Shown one piece after another: positions 8,605 to 18,830 of a DNA stretch of 50,447 nucleotides (positions within the stretch are counted from its first letter, which is position 1; each line of letters begins with the position of its first letter). The stretch comes from Oscillospiraceae bacterium (GTDB lineage: Bacteria; Bacillota; Clostridia; Oscillospirales; Oscillospiraceae), in the NCBI GenBank assembly GCA_045112425.1, contig JBGUHV010000068.1, positions 1 to 50,447 of the forward strand, read 5' to 3'. The translations under genes and the position numbers were made by a program. The notes under the pieces are model-generated. The model did not search any database and was not told where the DNA came from. It saw only the letters and a program-made list of their open reading frames with translations.

Positions 8605-8753
8605 ACGAATCGATCATTCCTTTCGATAAATAATGTTGCTGGGGATGATTTGGACTATTGTAATCACACGCCTTTTCAGGGGAAGCTGGCTTACTCCCGC
8701 CGGAGGGAGCCGAGGCTTCCGGCGTGGGATCTTAGTAATAATTCAAGCAGGGA

Positions 8754-8867
8754 TTAACCTTGTCTCTGCTTGTGCTTGGGGTTTTCGCAAATAACCATAA
8801 CTTTGCCCTTGCGCTTGATGATCTTGCACTTCTCGCACATGGGCTTGACACTCGGTCTGACTTTCAT
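8754..8867 (-). CDS. rpmJ: 50S ribosomal protein L36 (zinc-binding type)
   Basis: Too short for the ORF track. Manual minus-strand translation gives [37 protein letters not shown] followed by a stop. It sits between infA and rpsM, as expected. Confidence 0.93.
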   Translation of the reverse strand: MKVRPSVKPMCEKCKIIKRKGKVMVICENPKHKQRQG

Positions 8868-8880
8868 TAATGTTTACCTC

Positions 8881-9099
8881 CTACTTGCTTCTCCAGGTGA
8901 TGCGGCCGCGGGTCAGGTCATAGGGAGACATCTGAACCGTCACCTTGTCACCGGGGAGGATGCGGATAAAATTCATCCGGAGCTTGCCGGAAATGTGCGC
9001 CAGGATGATATGGCCGTTGCCGATATCGACCTGGAACATGGTATTGGGCAGGGATTCAACCACAGTGCCCTCAAGCTCAATTACATCGTCTTTTGCCAA
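8881..9099 (-). CDS. infA: Translation initiation factor IF-1
   Basis: 72 aa, [53 protein letters not shown]. Confidence 0.97.
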   Translation of the reverse strand: MAKDDVIELEGTVVESLPNTMFQVDIGNGHIILAHISGKLRMNFIRILPGDKVTVQMSPYDLTRGRITWRSK

Positions 9100-9114
9100 C
9101 GAAAATACCTCCTG

Positions 9115-9870
9115 TTAAATGTCGTCTGCGATGGTGAGGATCTCCGGCTCGCCGTCGGTGATGAGAATCGAGTTCTCATAGTGGGCGGAAAGGCTTCCGT
9201 CCGCCGTGACGACGGTCCAGTCGTTGTCCAGCACGCGAACCTCATAGGTGCCCGCGCTCACCATCGGCTCCACGGCGATGGTCTGTCCTGCGGCGAGACG
9301 CGGCCCGTGGCCGGGTCTGCCGTAGTTGGGAACCTCCGGGGGCTCATGCAGCTTCGCGCCGACGCCGTGGCCCACATAGTCGCGGATCACGCCGTAGCCG
9401 AAGCGCTCGGCGTACTCCTGCACGGCATGGCCGATGTCGGACACGCGATAGCCCTCGCGGGCAAATTTGATGCCCTCGAAGAAGCTCTGGCGCGTGACCT
9501 CGATCAGCTTGAGCGCTGCTTCCGAGCACTTGCCGACAGGATAGGTTCCGGCGCAGTCGCCGTTATACCCCTTGAACTTGGCGCCGACGTCGATGCTGAC
9601 GATGTCGCCCTCGCGGAGCACGCGGCCGCCGGGAATTCCATGGATGATTTCTTCGTTGACCGAGATGCACGCGCTGGCGGGAAAGCCGCCGTAGTTCAGG
9701 AAGGAGGGCGTGGCGCCCGACTTCGTGATGAACTTGTGCACCTCGCGGTCGATCTGAGCGGTGGTCACGCCGGGCTCGATCATCTGCCGGGCGATGGATC
9801 TCGCCCCGGCAGTGATCTTGCCGGCCTGACGCATGAGGTCGATCTCTCTCGGGGTTTTAATGATAATCAT
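9115..9870 (-). CDS. map: Type I methionine aminopeptidase
   Basis: 251 aa, MIIIKTPREIDLMRQAGKI...FLNYGGFPASACISVNEEIIHGIP...VEPMV. Position between adk and infA. Confidence 0.95.
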   Translation of the reverse strand: MIIIKTPREIDLMRQAGKITAGARSIARQMIEPGVTTAQIDREVHKFITKSGATPSFLNYGGFPASACISVNEEIIHGIPGGRVLREGDIVSIDVGAKFKGYNGDCAGTYPVGKCSEAALKLIEVTRQSFFEGIKFAREGYRVSDIGHAVQEYAERFGYGVIRDYVGHGVGAKLHEPPEVPNYGRPGHGPRLAAGQTIAVEPMVSAGTYEVRVLDNDWTVVTADGSLSAHYENSILITDGEPEILTIADDI

Positions 9871-10502
9871 TCAATACCCAGAGCTTTCTTGATGACCGCT
9901 GTGGTCTCTTCGATGGTTTCCTGACCCTCGACGACCTTCAGCTTGCCGCGCTGCTGATAGAACTCCTTCAGCGGCTCGGTTTCCTTGTGGTAGGTGTCGA
10001 GGCGGGCCTTGACCGTCTCGGGAGCGTCATCCTTGCGGATGCCGAGCTCACCGCCGCAGAAATCGCACTTGCCTTCCACCTTGGGCGGATTGGACACGAC
10101 ATGGAACGTGGCGCTGCAGTTTTTGCAGGTGCGCCGGCCGCCCATGCGGTCCACGATGGTCTGGTCCTGCACCTCAATGCTGAGAGCGCAGTCCACGTCG
10201 ATGCGGCAGGCTTCGAGAGCCTCGGCCTGCGGGATCGTGCGGGGCATACCGTCGAGGATATAGCCGTTGGCACAATCGGGCTCGGCCAGACGCTCCTGCA
10301 CGACGCCGATGATCACGTCATCGGGAACGAGCTTGCCGCTTTCCACATATTCCTTTGCCTTGAGTCCCACGGGCGTGCCGTTTTTCATGGCAGCGCGCAG
10401 GATGTTGCCGGTAGAGATGGTGGGGATGCTCAGGGTACGGCTGAGGATCTCAGCCTGCGTGCCCTTGCCTGCGCCGGGGGCGCCTAACAGTACGAGTTTC
10501 AT
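9867..10502 (-). CDS. adk: Adenylate kinase (zinc lid type)
   Basis: 211 aa with P-loop GAPGAGKGTQ. The lid has CKNC...CDFCGG. 4-nt overlap with map. Confidence 0.96.
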   Translation of the reverse strand: MKLVLLGAPGAGKGTQAEILSRTLSIPTISTGNILRAAMKNGTPVGLKAKEYVESGKLVPDDVIIGVVQERLAEPDCANGYILDGMPRTIPQAEALEACRIDVDCALSIEVQDQTIVDRMGGRRTCKNCSATFHVVSNPPKVEGKCDFCGGELGIRKDDAPETVKARLDTYHKETEPLKEFYQQRGKLKVVEGQETIEETTAVIKKALGIE

Positions 10503-10518
10503 AGCAGATCCCTCCAGA

Positions 10519-11817
10519 TCAGTTCAGGAAGCCCTTGTAGTTGCGCATGAGCATCTGCGCCTCGAGGGCGCGGAAGGTCTCAAGCGCGACGCCAACAACG
10601 ATGATGATGGACGTGCCGCCCAGGGAGATGCCGGTCAGCGAATCGGCAGAAGACACCGCGCCGATGATGATCGGCGTCACGGCGATGATGCCGAGATAGA
10701 TCGCGCCGAAGAGCGTGATCTTGTTGAGCACCTTCTGGATGAAGTCGCTGGTGGGCTTGCCCGCGCGGAAGCCCGGGATAAAGCCGCCGTTCTTCTTCAG
10801 GTTGTTCGCCACCTCGATGGGGTTGAACTGGATGGTGGAGTAGAAGTAGCTGAAGAAGATGATGAGCAGGAAGTACACCACGGCATAGGGCCAGGTGTTG
10901 GTGTTGAAGACGTTGGTCATGAGCCAGCTGTTCTGCCAGGAGGCCTTGAACATGCACACCGTCGCCGGGAGCGACGCGATGGACTGCGCGAAGATGATCG
11001 GCAGAACACCGGACATGTTGACCTTCATGGGCAGATGCGTGGTCTGACCGCCGTACATCTTGCGGCCGACAACGCGCTTGGAGTACTGCACGGGGATGCG
11101 GCGCTCGGCATCGTTCACGAGAACGATGAGCACGATCAGCGCGAGGGCGCCGATGTACATGAGCAGGAGCAGCCACCACTGCAGGCTGCCGTTGGCGACG
11201 TTGGTGATCTGGGTCGCAACCGAGGTCGGGAAGCGGGCCACGATGCTGGTGAACAGGATGATCGAGATGCCGTTTCCGATGCCGAACTCGGTGATCTGCT
11301 CGCCGAGCCACATGATGAGGGCAGAGCCGGAGGTGAACGTCAGGATGATGACGATGGCAGCCCAGATGTTCGAGAGATACGCTTCGTCGATCAGCTTGTA
11401 GTTCTTGATCATCATGTAGTAGGCAACGCCCTGGATGAGACCGATGGCCACGGTGCTGTAGCGGGTGATGGAGGCGATCTTCTTGCGGCCTTCCTCACCG
11501 CCCTCCTTCTGCAGACGCTCGAGCGCCGGGATGGCGATCGTGAGCAGCTGGATGATGATGGAGGCGTTGATATAGGGCTGAATGCTCAGCGCGAAGATCG
11601 TCGCGCGGGAGAACGCGCCGCCGGACATGACGTTGTACAGTCCGAAGATCGTGTTCTGCAGGTTGCTGGAATTGAAATACTGCTGGAGAAGGTCAGTGTT
11701 CACAAAAGGAACCGGAACGGCGTTGCCGAGACGGTAAAGCAGGACGATCAGCAGCGTGAAGAGGATCTTCTTGCGCAGCTCTTCGATCCGCCATGCGTTA
11801 CGAAATGTCTGGAGCAC
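10519..11817 (-). CDS. secY: Preprotein translocase subunit SecY
   Basis: 432 aa polytopic protein, MLQTFRNAWRIEELRKKILFTLL...GGAFSRATIFALSIQPYINASII. Confidence 0.97.
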   Translation of the reverse strand: MLQTFRNAWRIEELRKKILFTLLIVLLYRLGNAVPVPFVNTDLLQQYFNSSNLQNTIFGLYNVMSGGAFSRATIFALSIQPYINASIIIQLLTIAIPALERLQKEGGEEGRKKIASITRYSTVAIGLIQGVAYYMMIKNYKLIDEAYLSNIWAAIVIILTFTSGSALIMWLGEQITEFGIGNGISIILFTSIVARFPTSVATQITNVANGSLQWWLLLLMYIGALALIVLIVLVNDAERRIPVQYSKRVVGRKMYGGQTTHLPMKVNMSGVLPIIFAQSIASLPATVCMFKASWQNSWLMTNVFNTNTWPYAVVYFLLIIFFSYFYSTIQFNPIEVANNLKKNGGFIPGFRAGKPTSDFIQKVLNKITLFGAIYLGIIAVTPIIIGAVSSADSLTGISLGGTSIIIVVGVALETFRALEAQMLMRNYKGFLN

Positions 11818-12258
11818 TTACACCACCTCGGCCTTTCCTCCTGCGGCCTCGATCTTCGCCTTTGCGCTCTCGGAGAAAGCGTTGGCCTTCACCGTGAGCT
11901 TCTTGGTGATCTCGCCGTTGCCGAGGATCTTGACGCCATAGACGCACTTGGAGAGAACGCGGCTCTCGAGCAGAGCCTGCGCGTCGACGACGGCGCCGTC
12001 CTCGAACTGGTTCAGTGCGGAGACGTTGACGCTCTCCAGAGGCTTGGCGAAAATGTTGTGGAAGCCGCGCTTCGGGATGCGGCGGGCCAGAGGCATCTGG
12101 CCGCCCTCGAAGCCGATTCTCACGCCGCCGCCGCTGCGGGCCTTCTGGCCCTTGTGACCGCGGCCGGCAGTCTTGCCGTTGCCGGTGCCGTGGCCGCGAC
12201 CCTTACGCTTGTCGACGTGGGTGGAACCCTTTACAGGGGACAGGTCATGAATTTGCAT
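11818..12258 (-). CDS. rplO: 50S ribosomal protein L15
   Basis: 146 aa, [45 protein letters not shown]. Confidence 0.97.
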   Translation of the reverse strand: MQIHDLSPVKGSTHVDKRKGRGHGTGNGKTAGRGHKGQKARSGGGVRIGFEGGQMPLARRIPKRGFHNIFAKPLESVNVSALNQFEDGAVVDAQALLESRVLSKCVYGVKILGNGEITKKLTVKANAFSESAKAKIEAAGGKAEVV

Positions 12259-12272
12259 TTTCGCGGCCCTCC

Positions 12273-12455
12273 TTATTCAACTTCGGTGACCTGGACGAGA
12301 TAGCCGATCTTGGCGATCTTGCCGCGGGTCTGGGGGTTATCGGGCTGCACGGTCTCGTTGCCGATCTTGTGGAGGCCGAGAGACTGTGCGGTCGCAATGT
12401 GTTTGTCGTGTCTGCCGTTAAGGCTCTTGACGAGCTTGATCTTCAGGTTTGCCAT
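12273..12455 (-). CDS. rpmD: 50S ribosomal protein L30
   Basis: 60 aa, [36 protein letters not shown]. Confidence 0.95.
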   Translation of the reverse strand: MANLKIKLVKSLNGRHDKHIATAQSLGLHKIGNETVQPDNPQTRGKIAKIGYLVQVTEVE

Positions 12456-12468
12456 CGCTTCGTCCTCC

Positions 12469-12993
12469 TTAACCCAGAATCTCTTCAGCGGTCTTGCCGC
12501 GGTACACGGCGACCTGCTGGGCGTTGCGCAGGCTCTTCAGACCCTGCATGGTGGCGGCGATGACGTTGGCGGGGTTGTTGGAGCGCAGGCACTTCGTACG
12601 AATGTCGCGAATGCCGGCAGCCTCAACGACGGCACGCACAGCGCCGCCGGCGATCACGCCGGTACCGGGGGCGGCGGGCTTCATGAGCACGCGGCCGGCA
12701 CCGAAGGCGCCGATGACCTCGTGGGGAATGGTGGTTCCCTGGAGGGTGATGGTGGTCAGGTTCTTCTTCGCATCCTCGAGTCCCTTGCGGATCGCCTCGG
12801 AAACCTCGGCGGCCTTGCCGAGACCGTAGCCGACGCGGCCCTTGCCGTCGCCGACGACGACGAGCGCGCTGAACTTCATCACGCGGCCGCCCTTGACGGT
12901 CTTGGAAACGCGGTTGAGGGAAACGACGGTTTCGGTGAACTCGGAGGGTTCCTCCTCGCGACGACGGTCGCGTCTGTCATTGTTGTATGCCAT
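12469..12993 (-). CDS. rpsE: 30S ribosomal protein S5
   Basis: 174 aa, ...[39 protein letters not shown]. Confidence 0.97.
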   Translation of the reverse strand: MAYNNDRRDRRREEEPSEFTETVVSLNRVSKTVKGGRVMKFSALVVVGDGKGRVGYGLGKAAEVSEAIRKGLEDAKKNLTTITLQGTTIPHEVIGAFGAGRVLMKPAAPGTGVIAGGAVRAVVEAAGIRDIRTKCLRSNNPANVIAATMQGLKSLRNAQQVAVYRGKTAEEILG

Positions 12994-13010
12994 GTTCGTT
13001 TCCTCCTCCC

Positions 13011-13370
13011 TTAGAACTTGAGGCCGCCCTCGCGGGCGCCGTCAGCCAGTGCCTTCACGCGGCCGTGATAGATGTTGCCGCCGCGGTCGAACACGACTTC
13101 TTCAATACCTTTGGCGAGAGCGCGCTCGGCAAGGACCTTGCCGACCTTCTCAGCGGCTTCCTTGTTGCCGCCGTTGCCCTCGAAGCCCTTCTCGACGGTA
13201 GAAGCGGAGCAGAGGGTGTTCTGCGCCACGTCGTCGATGATCTGGGCATAAATGTGATTCTCGCTGCGGAAGACGCTCAGACGGGGCCGCTCGGCCGTGC
13301 CGGAGATCTTGCCGCGGACACGCGCATGGCGCTTCGCGCGCTGCGCCTTCGTGTTGGGTCTCTTAATCAT
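13011..13370 (-). CDS. rplR: 50S ribosomal protein L18
   Basis: 119 aa, ...[20 protein letters not shown]...[27 protein letters not shown]. Confidence 0.97.
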   Translation of the reverse strand: MIKRPNTKAQRAKRHARVRGKISGTAERPRLSVFRSENHIYAQIIDDVAQNTLCSASTVEKGFEGNGGNKEAAEKVGKVLAERALAKGIEEVVFDRGGNIYHGRVKALADGAREGGLKF

Positions 13371-13386
13371 TCAGGCACACCTCCAA

Positions 13387-13926
13387 TTACTTCGCGCCGG
13401 TCTTGCCTTCTTTGCGGCGGACAACTTCGTAGTCATACTTGATGCCCTTGCCCTTGTAAGGCTCGGGAGGACGCTTGCCACGAACTTCTGCTGCAAACTG
13501 GCCGACCTTCTGCTTGTCGATTCCCTTGATCACAACCTGGTTCGGGTTCGGAACGTCGATCTGGATATCGTCCGTCTCGGAAACCGTCACGGGGTGGGAG
13601 AAACCAAGGTTCATGACGAGGTTCTTGCCTTCCTTCTGCGCTCTGTAGCCGACGCCGTTGATCTCGAGGGTCTTCTGGAAGCCCTCGGTCACGCCCACGA
13701 CCATGTTGTGGAGCAGCGTGCGGGTCAGACCGTGCAGAGAGCGATAAGCCTTCTCATCGCTGGGACGGGTCACATGGACCACATTGCCCTCGACGGCCAC
13801 GTCGATCTCGGGAACGACGTCCATCTCGAGGGTGCCCTTGGGGCCCTTCACGGTGACGTGCTTGCCGTCAACCTTGAACTCAACGCCTGCGGGCAGCTCA
13901 ATGGGAGCTCTACCAATTCTAGACAT
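13387..13926 (-). CDS. rplF: 50S ribosomal protein L6
   Basis: 179 aa, MSRIGRAPIELPAGVEFKVDGKHVTVKGPKGTLE. Confidence 0.97.
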   Translation of the reverse strand: MSRIGRAPIELPAGVEFKVDGKHVTVKGPKGTLEMDVVPEIDVAVEGNVVHVTRPSDEKAYRSLHGLTRTLLHNMVVGVTEGFQKTLEINGVGYRAQKEGKNLVMNLGFSHPVTVSETDDIQIDVPNPNQVVIKGIDKQKVGQFAAEVRGKRPPEPYKGKGIKYDYEVVRRKEGKTGAK

Positions 13927-13941
13927 GTCTCGTTACCTCCC

Positions 13942-14340
13942 TTACCACACGAACGCGAGGACTTCGCCGCCGACGTGATTGGCGCGAGCCTTCTTGTCGG
14001 TCATGATGCCCTTGGAGGTGGAGATGATGGCAATGCCGAGGCCGCGGAGGACCTGGGGCAGCTCGTCCGCGCCGGCGTACACGCGCAGGCCGGGCTTGGA
14101 AACGCGCTTGAGGCCCTGGATGGCCTTCTCCTTGCCGGGGAGATACTTCAGGGTGATGCGGATGACGCCCTGCGTGCCGTCATCAATGAGCTGGAAGCTC
14201 TTGATGTAGCCTTCCTCGAGAAGAATTTCGGCGATGGCCTTCTTCATCTTGGAGTTGGGGACGTCCACGGTGGCATGTCTGGCGGATCCGGCGTTGCGGA
14301 TGCGGGTCAACATGTCTGCGATGGGATCAGTGATCTGCAT
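13942..14340 (-). CDS. rpsH: 30S ribosomal protein S8
   Basis: The ORF-track ORF runs up to 14649. The S8 sequence starts at [22 protein letters not shown] (ATG 14340-14338) with AAGGAGG 10 nt upstream. 132 aa. Confidence 0.95.
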   Translation of the reverse strand: MQITDPIADMLTRIRNAGSARHATVDVPNSKMKKAIAEILLEEGYIKSFQLIDDGTQGVIRITLKYLPGKEKAIQGLKRVSKPGLRVYAGADELPQVLRGLGIAIISTSKGIMTDKKARANHVGGEVLAFVW

Positions 14341-14597
14341 TTGTGTGTTTCCTCCTTGTTCGAAGTTACCGGTGATTCCGGTTTGGGCGGCGAGGTTCCG
14401 CATGAATGCATGATTCCCTGCGGCCTTTCGCCATCCCTGTTCTTTCTTTGGAAAGAAAGAACCAAAGAAACTTGTTTCGTTGCCGGGATCGGCTGAAATG
14501 TCGTCTGCGCAGGCTCGACTGCTGCTGCGGTGGACACAGTGCAAACGCGCTTGGCAGCGGCATTTTTGCCTCGCTCGGCAGCGTATATTGAACGCGC

Positions 14598-14636
14598 AAA
14601 ACCGCCTCCCGCAGATCCAGACGGAGGGCGTTTTCG
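14598..14636 (-). terminator. Terminator-like hairpin inside the rpsN-rpsH spacer (weak, bidirectional shape)
   Basis: The minus strand reads CGCCCTCCG-TCTGGATCTG-CGGGAGGCG (9-bp stem with one mismatch and one wobble) followed by GTTTTG. The plus strand is also followed by TTTT. Confidence 0.3.
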
Positions 14637-14666
14637 CGAGTGCAACCAAAAAGGCGCAACCAATTT

Positions 14667-14695
14667 ATTTTACCATAGGCGCAAGCCTGTGTCAT
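14667..14695 (-). promoter_or_regulatory. Promoter-like sequence inside the rpsN-rpsH spacer
   Basis: The minus strand reads ATGACA, a 17-nt spacer ending TGG, then TAAAAT. It sits upstream of the terminator-like hairpin and about 320 nt upstream of rpsH. Confidence 0.3.
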
Positions 14696-14858
14696 TTGTT
14701 GGTTTCACCAATGTTTACGGATTGTTACCGTTCCGTTTTGGACATTTCGTCTAAAATCTAACGGATTTCCGTCCGTTTTGCGCACAGCGCAAAAGACACG
14801 CACACCCGCCGGGTCATTTTCAGACCCAGCGGGGTTGCGTTACTATAGATTGAATTGC

Positions 14859-15044
14859 TTACCAGGAAGCCTTGCGCACGCCAGGAATCTGGCCTTTGTA
14901 AGCGAGCTCTCTGAAGCAGATACGGCAGATGCCGTAGTTGCGCAGGTAAGCGTGGGGACGACCGCAGATCTTGCAGCGGTTGTACTTGCGGGTGGAGTAC
15001 TTCGCAGGACCCTGCTGCTTGAGAATCATAGATTTCTTAGCCAT
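14859..15044 (-). CDS. rpsN: 30S ribosomal protein S14 type Z (zinc-binding)
   Basis: 61 aa, [61 protein letters not shown]. Confidence 0.97.
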   Translation of the reverse strand: MAKKSMILKQQGPAKYSTRKYNRCKICGRPHAYLRNYGICRICFRELAYKGQIPGVRKASW

Positions 15045-15059
15045 GTTCGTTCTCCTCCC

Positions 15060-15605
15060 TTAAGCCTTGGTCACGAACGGAGCGCCCATGAGGCGGAGCA
15101 GCTCGCGCGCTTCCTCATCGGTGTTCGCGGTGGTGATGATGGCGATGTTCATGCCGCGGAGCTTCTCGATCTTATCGTAGTCGATCTCGGGGAAGATGAT
15201 CTGCTCCTTGAGGCCGAGGCTGTAGTTGCCGCGGCCGTCAAACGCGTCGGCCGAGATGCCGCGGAAGTCGCGGACACGGGGCAGAGCCACGTTGAACAGA
15301 CGGTCGAGGAACTCCCACATGCGGTCCTGACGCAGGGTGACCTTGACGCCGACGTGCATGCCTTCGCGGAGCTTGAAGTTCGCGACGGACTTCTTCGCGA
15401 CGGTGGCGACGGCCTTCTGGCCGGTGATGGCGGTGATGTCCTTGATGACCGCCTCGAGGGCCTTGGCGTTGTCCTTGCAGTCGCCGCAGCCGACGGAGAC
15501 GACGATCTTCTCGAGCTTCGGGATCTGCATGACGGACTTATACTGGAACTTCTCCATCAGAGCGGGAGCGACTTCCTGCTGATACTTGGTTTTCATCGTA
15601 GGCAT
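15060..15605 (-). CDS. rplE: 50S ribosomal protein L5
   Basis: 181 aa, ...[17 protein letters not shown]...[30 protein letters not shown]. Confidence 0.96.
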   Translation of the reverse strand: MPTMKTKYQQEVAPALMEKFQYKSVMQIPKLEKIVVSVGCGDCKDNAKALEAVIKDITAITGQKAVATVAKKSVANFKLREGMHVGVKVTLRQDRMWEFLDRLFNVALPRVRDFRGISADAFDGRGNYSLGLKEQIIFPEIDYDKIEKLRGMNIAIITTANTDEEARELLRLMGAPFVTKA

Positions 15606-15623
15606 TGTTCAGTCACTCCTTTC

Positions 15624-15965
15624 TCAAATCACGGTGCCGCACTTGGTGCAGGCACGGACCTTCTTGTCGCCTTCCAGAACGCTCTTGACGCGCACGCCTC
15701 TCTTGCACTTGGGGCAGTAGAGCGCGAGCTTGGAGACGTAGATGGGGGTGGACACCTTGATGATGCCGCCCTCTTCGCCCTGCTTGCGGGGCTTCTGGTG
15801 CTTGGTGGCGACGTTCACGCCCTCCACGACGGCCTTGCCGCCCTTGGGGTCGACAGAGAGCACCTTGTGGGCCTTGACTTCCTTCTTCTCGATGAAGTCC
15901 TTGTCGTTGGTGTAGTTGTCCTTGCCGGAGAGGACGACCACCATATCATCTTTTCTGATCTTCAT
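15624..15965 (-). CDS. rplX: 50S ribosomal protein L24
   Basis: The ORF-track ORF extends to 16115, overlapping rplN. The L24 sequence starts at MKIRKDDMVVVLSGKD (ATG 15965-15963) with GAGGAGG upstream. 113 aa. Confidence 0.94.
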   Translation of the reverse strand: MKIRKDDMVVVLSGKDNYTNDKDFIEKKEVKAHKVLSVDPKGGKAVVEGVNVATKHQKPRKQGEEGGIIKVSTPIYVSKLALYCPKCKRGVRVKSVLEGDKKVRACTKCGTVI

Positions 15966-15978
15966 AGATGTGTCCTCC

Positions 15979-16350
15979 TCAAATGACTTCGGGCGCCAGA
16001 GACAGGATCTTGATGAAGTCCGCCTCACGCAGCTCGCGGGCCACAGGCCCAAAGATGCGGGTGCCCTTGGGGTTCTTGTCGTCGCCGTTGATGATGACGG
16101 CGGCGTTGTCGTCAAAGCGGACGTAGGTGCCGTCAGCGCGGCGGACAGCCTTGCTGGTGCGGACCACGACGGCCTTGACGACGTCGCCCTTCTTCACCGC
16201 GCCGCCGGGAGCGGCCTTGCGGACGGAAGCGACGATGACGTCACCGATGCTGGCGTACTTTCTCTTGGAGCCGCCGAGCACGCGGATGCACTTGATTTCC
16301 TTGGCGCCGGTATTGTCGGCAACCTTCAGAAAGCTCTCTTGCTGGATCAT
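15979..16350 (-). CDS. rplN: 50S ribosomal protein L14
   Basis: 123 aa, [44 protein letters not shown]-like sequence. Confidence 0.97.
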   Translation of the reverse strand: MIQQESFLKVADNTGAKEIKCIRVLGGSKRKYASIGDVIVASVRKAAPGGAVKKGDVVKAVVVRTSKAVRRADGTYVRFDDNAAVIINGDDKNPKGTRIFGPVARELREADFIKILSLAPEVI

Positions 16351-16363
16351 TTAGGTTACCTCC

Positions 16364-16627
16364 TTACTTCGCCTTTTCCACGATTTCGACCACGCGCCAG
16401 CGCTTGTCCTTGGACAGGGGGCGGGTCTCCATCACACGGACGGTATCGCCGATGCCGCACTCGTTCAACTCGTCGTGCGCCTTGAGCTTATACGTCCGGC
16501 CGATGATCTTCTTATAGGTCTTGTGCGCAACGTGGTCAGCGACGGCCACGACGACGGTCTTGTCCATCTTGTCGGAGACGACCTTGCCAACGCGCACCTT
16601 ACGGGAAGTCGTTCTGTTCTCGTTCAT
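16364..16627 (-). CDS. rpsQ: 30S ribosomal protein S17
   Basis: 87 aa, ...[20 protein letters not shown]...[29 protein letters not shown]. Confidence 0.97.
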   Translation of the reverse strand: MNENRTTSRKVRVGKVVSDKMDKTVVVAVADHVAHKTYKKIIGRTYKLKAHDELNECGIGDTVRVMETRPLSKDKRWRVVEIVEKAK

Positions 16628-16641
16628 TTCTTACTCCCTCC

Positions 16642-16836
16642 TCACTGCTCGAGCTGCTTTTCGCGGATCACGGTCTTGACTCGGGCAATGTCGCGACGCA
16701 CGGTGGAGATCTTAACGGGGTTGTCAAGATGATTGGTGGCGTGCTGCATGCGGAGCATGAACAGATCCTTCTTCAGTTCCACGAGCTTCTTGTCGAGCTC
16801 TTCGACGGACATGGAGCGAATTTCACTGGCCTTCAT
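16642..16836 (-). CDS. rpmC: 50S ribosomal protein L29
   Basis: 64 aa, [40 protein letters not shown]. Confidence 0.95.
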   Translation of the reverse strand: MKASEIRSMSVEELDKKLVELKKDLFMLRMQHATNHLDNPVKISTVRRDIARVKTVIREKQLEQ

Positions 16837-16838
16837 CT

Positions 16839-17267
16839 TTATTCACCACCATTCTCAGTCTCTTCCCGCTTGACGATCTTGGTCTTGCAGGGCAGCTTGT
16901 GGCTCGCCAGACGCAGGGCCTCGCGGGCAACTTCTTCGGAAACGCCGCCGATCTCGAACATGACGCGGCCGGGCTTCACAACGGCAACCCAGTACTCGGG
17001 AGAGCCCTTACCGGAACCCATGCGGGTCTCGGCAGGCTTCTGGGTAACGGGCTTGTCGGGGAAAATCTTGATCCAGACCTGACCGCCGCGCTTGGTGTAG
17101 CGGGTCATGGCGACACGAGCCGCCTCGATCTGGTTGGAGGTGATCCAGCTGGGCTCCTGAGCCTGCAGGCCGAACTCGCCGTAGGTCACCTTATTGCCGC
17201 GGGTGGCTTTGCCGGTCATACGACCGCGCTGCACTCTGCGGTACTTCACTCTTTTGGGCATCAGCAT
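16839..17267 (-). CDS. rplP: 50S ribosomal protein L16
   Basis: 142 aa, [27 protein letters not shown]. The ATG overlaps the rpsC stop (TAATG). Confidence 0.97.
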   Translation of the reverse strand: MLMPKRVKYRRVQRGRMTGKATRGNKVTYGEFGLQAQEPSWITSNQIEAARVAMTRYTKRGGQVWIKIFPDKPVTQKPAETRMGSGKGSPEYWVAVVKPGRVMFEIGGVSEEVAREALRLASHKLPCKTKIVKREETENGGE

Positions 17268-18163
17268 TAGTTGTTGCCTCCTTCCTTCGGAGCAGCGCCA
17301 GCTGCCGGACGGGGACCGCGGTTGTAGCCGCCCTGCGGACGGGTGCCCTGGCCCTGGCGGTCGCGGTTGTAGCCGCCGCCCTGACCCTGACGGTCGCGGT
17401 TGTAGCTGCCCTGACCCTGACGGTCACGATTGTAGCCGCCCTGGCGGCCGCGGCCGCGGCCACCGTCACGACGATCGCGGCGGCGATCATCACGGCGGTT
17501 CAGATCCATCGTGCGCGGGGTGGTGCGCAGGGTCTGAGAGAGGATCTCGCCCTTGTAGATCCAAACCTTCACGCCAACGCGGCCATAGGTGGTGGCAGCC
17601 TCGGCGAAGCCGTACTCGATGTCGGCGCGGATGGTCTGAAGGGGAATGGTGCCCTCGTGATAGCACTCGGTGCGGGCGATCTCGGCGCCGCCCAGACGGC
17701 CGGAGCACATAATCTTGATGCCGCGGGCGCCCATGCGCATGGCGCGGCCCATGGCGTTCTTCATCGCGCGGCGGAAGCCGATGCGCTTCTCGAGCTGCGC
17801 GGCGATGTTCTCAGCGACGAGCTGAGCGTTGGTGTCGGGCGTGCGGACCTCAACGATGGAGAGGGCGACCGGCTTGCCGATCATCTTCTCGACGGAGAGG
17901 CGGATGCGCTCGATCTCAGCGCCGCCCTTGCCGATGACGACGCCGGGGCGGGCACAGTGGATGAAGATGCGGACCTTCGCGCTGTCGCGCTCGATCTCGA
18001 TGGTGGGGACGCCTGCGCTGTACAGGGTCTTCTTCAGATACTCACGGATCTTGTAATCCTCAACGATCAGGTCGCCGACCTTCTCGTCACGGGCGTACCA
18101 ACGGCTGTCCCAGTCCTTGATGACGCCAACACGCATGCCATGCGGATGAACTTTCTGTCCCAT
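17267..18163 (-). CDS. rpsC: 30S ribosomal protein S3 with ~70-aa Arg/Gly/Gln-rich repetitive C-terminal extension
   Basis: 298 aa. The N-terminal ~225 aa are canonical S3 ([24 protein letters not shown]...). The tail is ...[64 protein letters not shown]... Confidence 0.96.
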   Translation of the reverse strand: MGQKVHPHGMRVGVIKDWDSRWYARDEKVGDLIVEDYKIREYLKKTLYSAGVPTIEIERDSAKVRIFIHCARPGVVIGKGGAEIERIRLSVEKMIGKPVALSIVEVRTPDTNAQLVAENIAAQLEKRIGFRRAMKNAMGRAMRMGARGIKIMCSGRLGGAEIARTECYHEGTIPLQTIRADIEYGFAEAATTYGRVGVKVWIYKGEILSQTLRTTPRTMDLNRRDDRRRDRRDGGRGRGRQGGYNRDRQGQGSYNRDRQGQGGGYNRDRQGQGTRPQGGYNRGPRPAAGAAPKEGGNN

Positions 18164-18180
18164 GTTCTGTGCCTCCTCCC

Positions 18181-18528
18181 TTAGTCTTTCTCAGCCACGA
18201 CGATGGTGATGTGGCTGGTGCGCTTGTTGATGCGGTACATACGTCCCTGAGCTCTCGGGCGGCCTCTCTTGAGGATGGGGCCGGCGCCGCAGTAGGCTTC
18301 CTTGACGTAGAGGTTGTCGGGATCCATCTCGAAGTTGGTCTCGGCATTGGCGCAAGCGCTCTTGAGGAGCTTCAGCATGAGCTCGCAGGCGGCCTTGGGG
18401 GTGTTCTCCATGTAGGCCTTGGCAAGCTTGGTATCCTTGCCGCGAATCATATCGCAGACGATCTGCACCTTGCGGGGAGCAATGCGGGCATACATCAGCT
18501 GAGCCCGAGCGGTTTTCTTTTCTTCCAT
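18181..18528 (-). CDS. rplV: 50S ribosomal protein L22
   Basis: 115 aa, ...[26 protein letters not shown]...[17 protein letters not shown]. Confidence 0.97.
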   Translation of the reverse strand: MEEKKTARAQLMYARIAPRKVQIVCDMIRGKDTKLAKAYMENTPKAACELMLKLLKSACANAETNFEMDPDNLYVKEAYCGAGPILKRGRPRAQGRMYRINKRTSHITIVVAEKD

Positions 18529-18540
18529 GTCTGCTCCTCC

Positions 18541-18816
18541 TTACTTACCGGCCGTCTTGCTGCCGGCGTGGCCGCGGAACGTGCGGGTGGGCGCGAACTC
18601 GCCCAGCTTGTGGCCGACCATATCCTCGGTGACATAGACCGGAACGTGACGGCGGCCGTCGTGCACGGCGATGGTGTGACCGACGAAAGACGGGAAAATC
18701 GTGCTGGCGCGGCTCCAGGTCTTGATGACCTTCTTCTCGCCGGCAGCGTTCATGGCGTCGACGCGCTTCAGGAGTTCCGGAGCGGCGAACGGGCCTTTTT
18801 TGACACTTCTGCTCAT
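18541..18816 (-). CDS. rpsS: 30S ribosomal protein S19
   Basis: 91 aa, [19 protein letters not shown]...[38 protein letters not shown]. Confidence 0.97.
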   Translation of the reverse strand: MSRSVKKGPFAAPELLKRVDAMNAAGEKKVIKTWSRASTIFPSFVGHTIAVHDGRRHVPVYVTEDMVGHKLGEFAPTRTFRGHAGSKTAGK

Positions 18817-18830
18817 TGTTTAACTCCTCC

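Larger units (their letters stand above)
14341..14858. repeat. 518-bp hairpin-rich spacer inserted between rpsN and rpsH (element C)
   Basis: Neighbouring genes in this cluster are 10-30 nt apart, but here the gap is 518 nt. It contains many palindromes: GTTCTTTCTTT-CC-AAAGAAAGAAC (14440-14463), TTTTGCGC-ACA-GCGCAAAA (14776-14794), and CCCGCYGGGTC...GACCCRGCGGG (14806-14834). No credible ORF. Confidence 0.8.

Noticed and set aside
14307-14695. ORFs within the rpsN-rpsH spacer (14307-14663, 14366-14695, and the 5' extension of the S8 ORF to 14649)
   Set aside because: They have no SD and Arg/Ser/Cys-rich nonsense-like composition, and they overlap each other. S8 clearly begins at [11 protein letters not shown], which has a strong SD.
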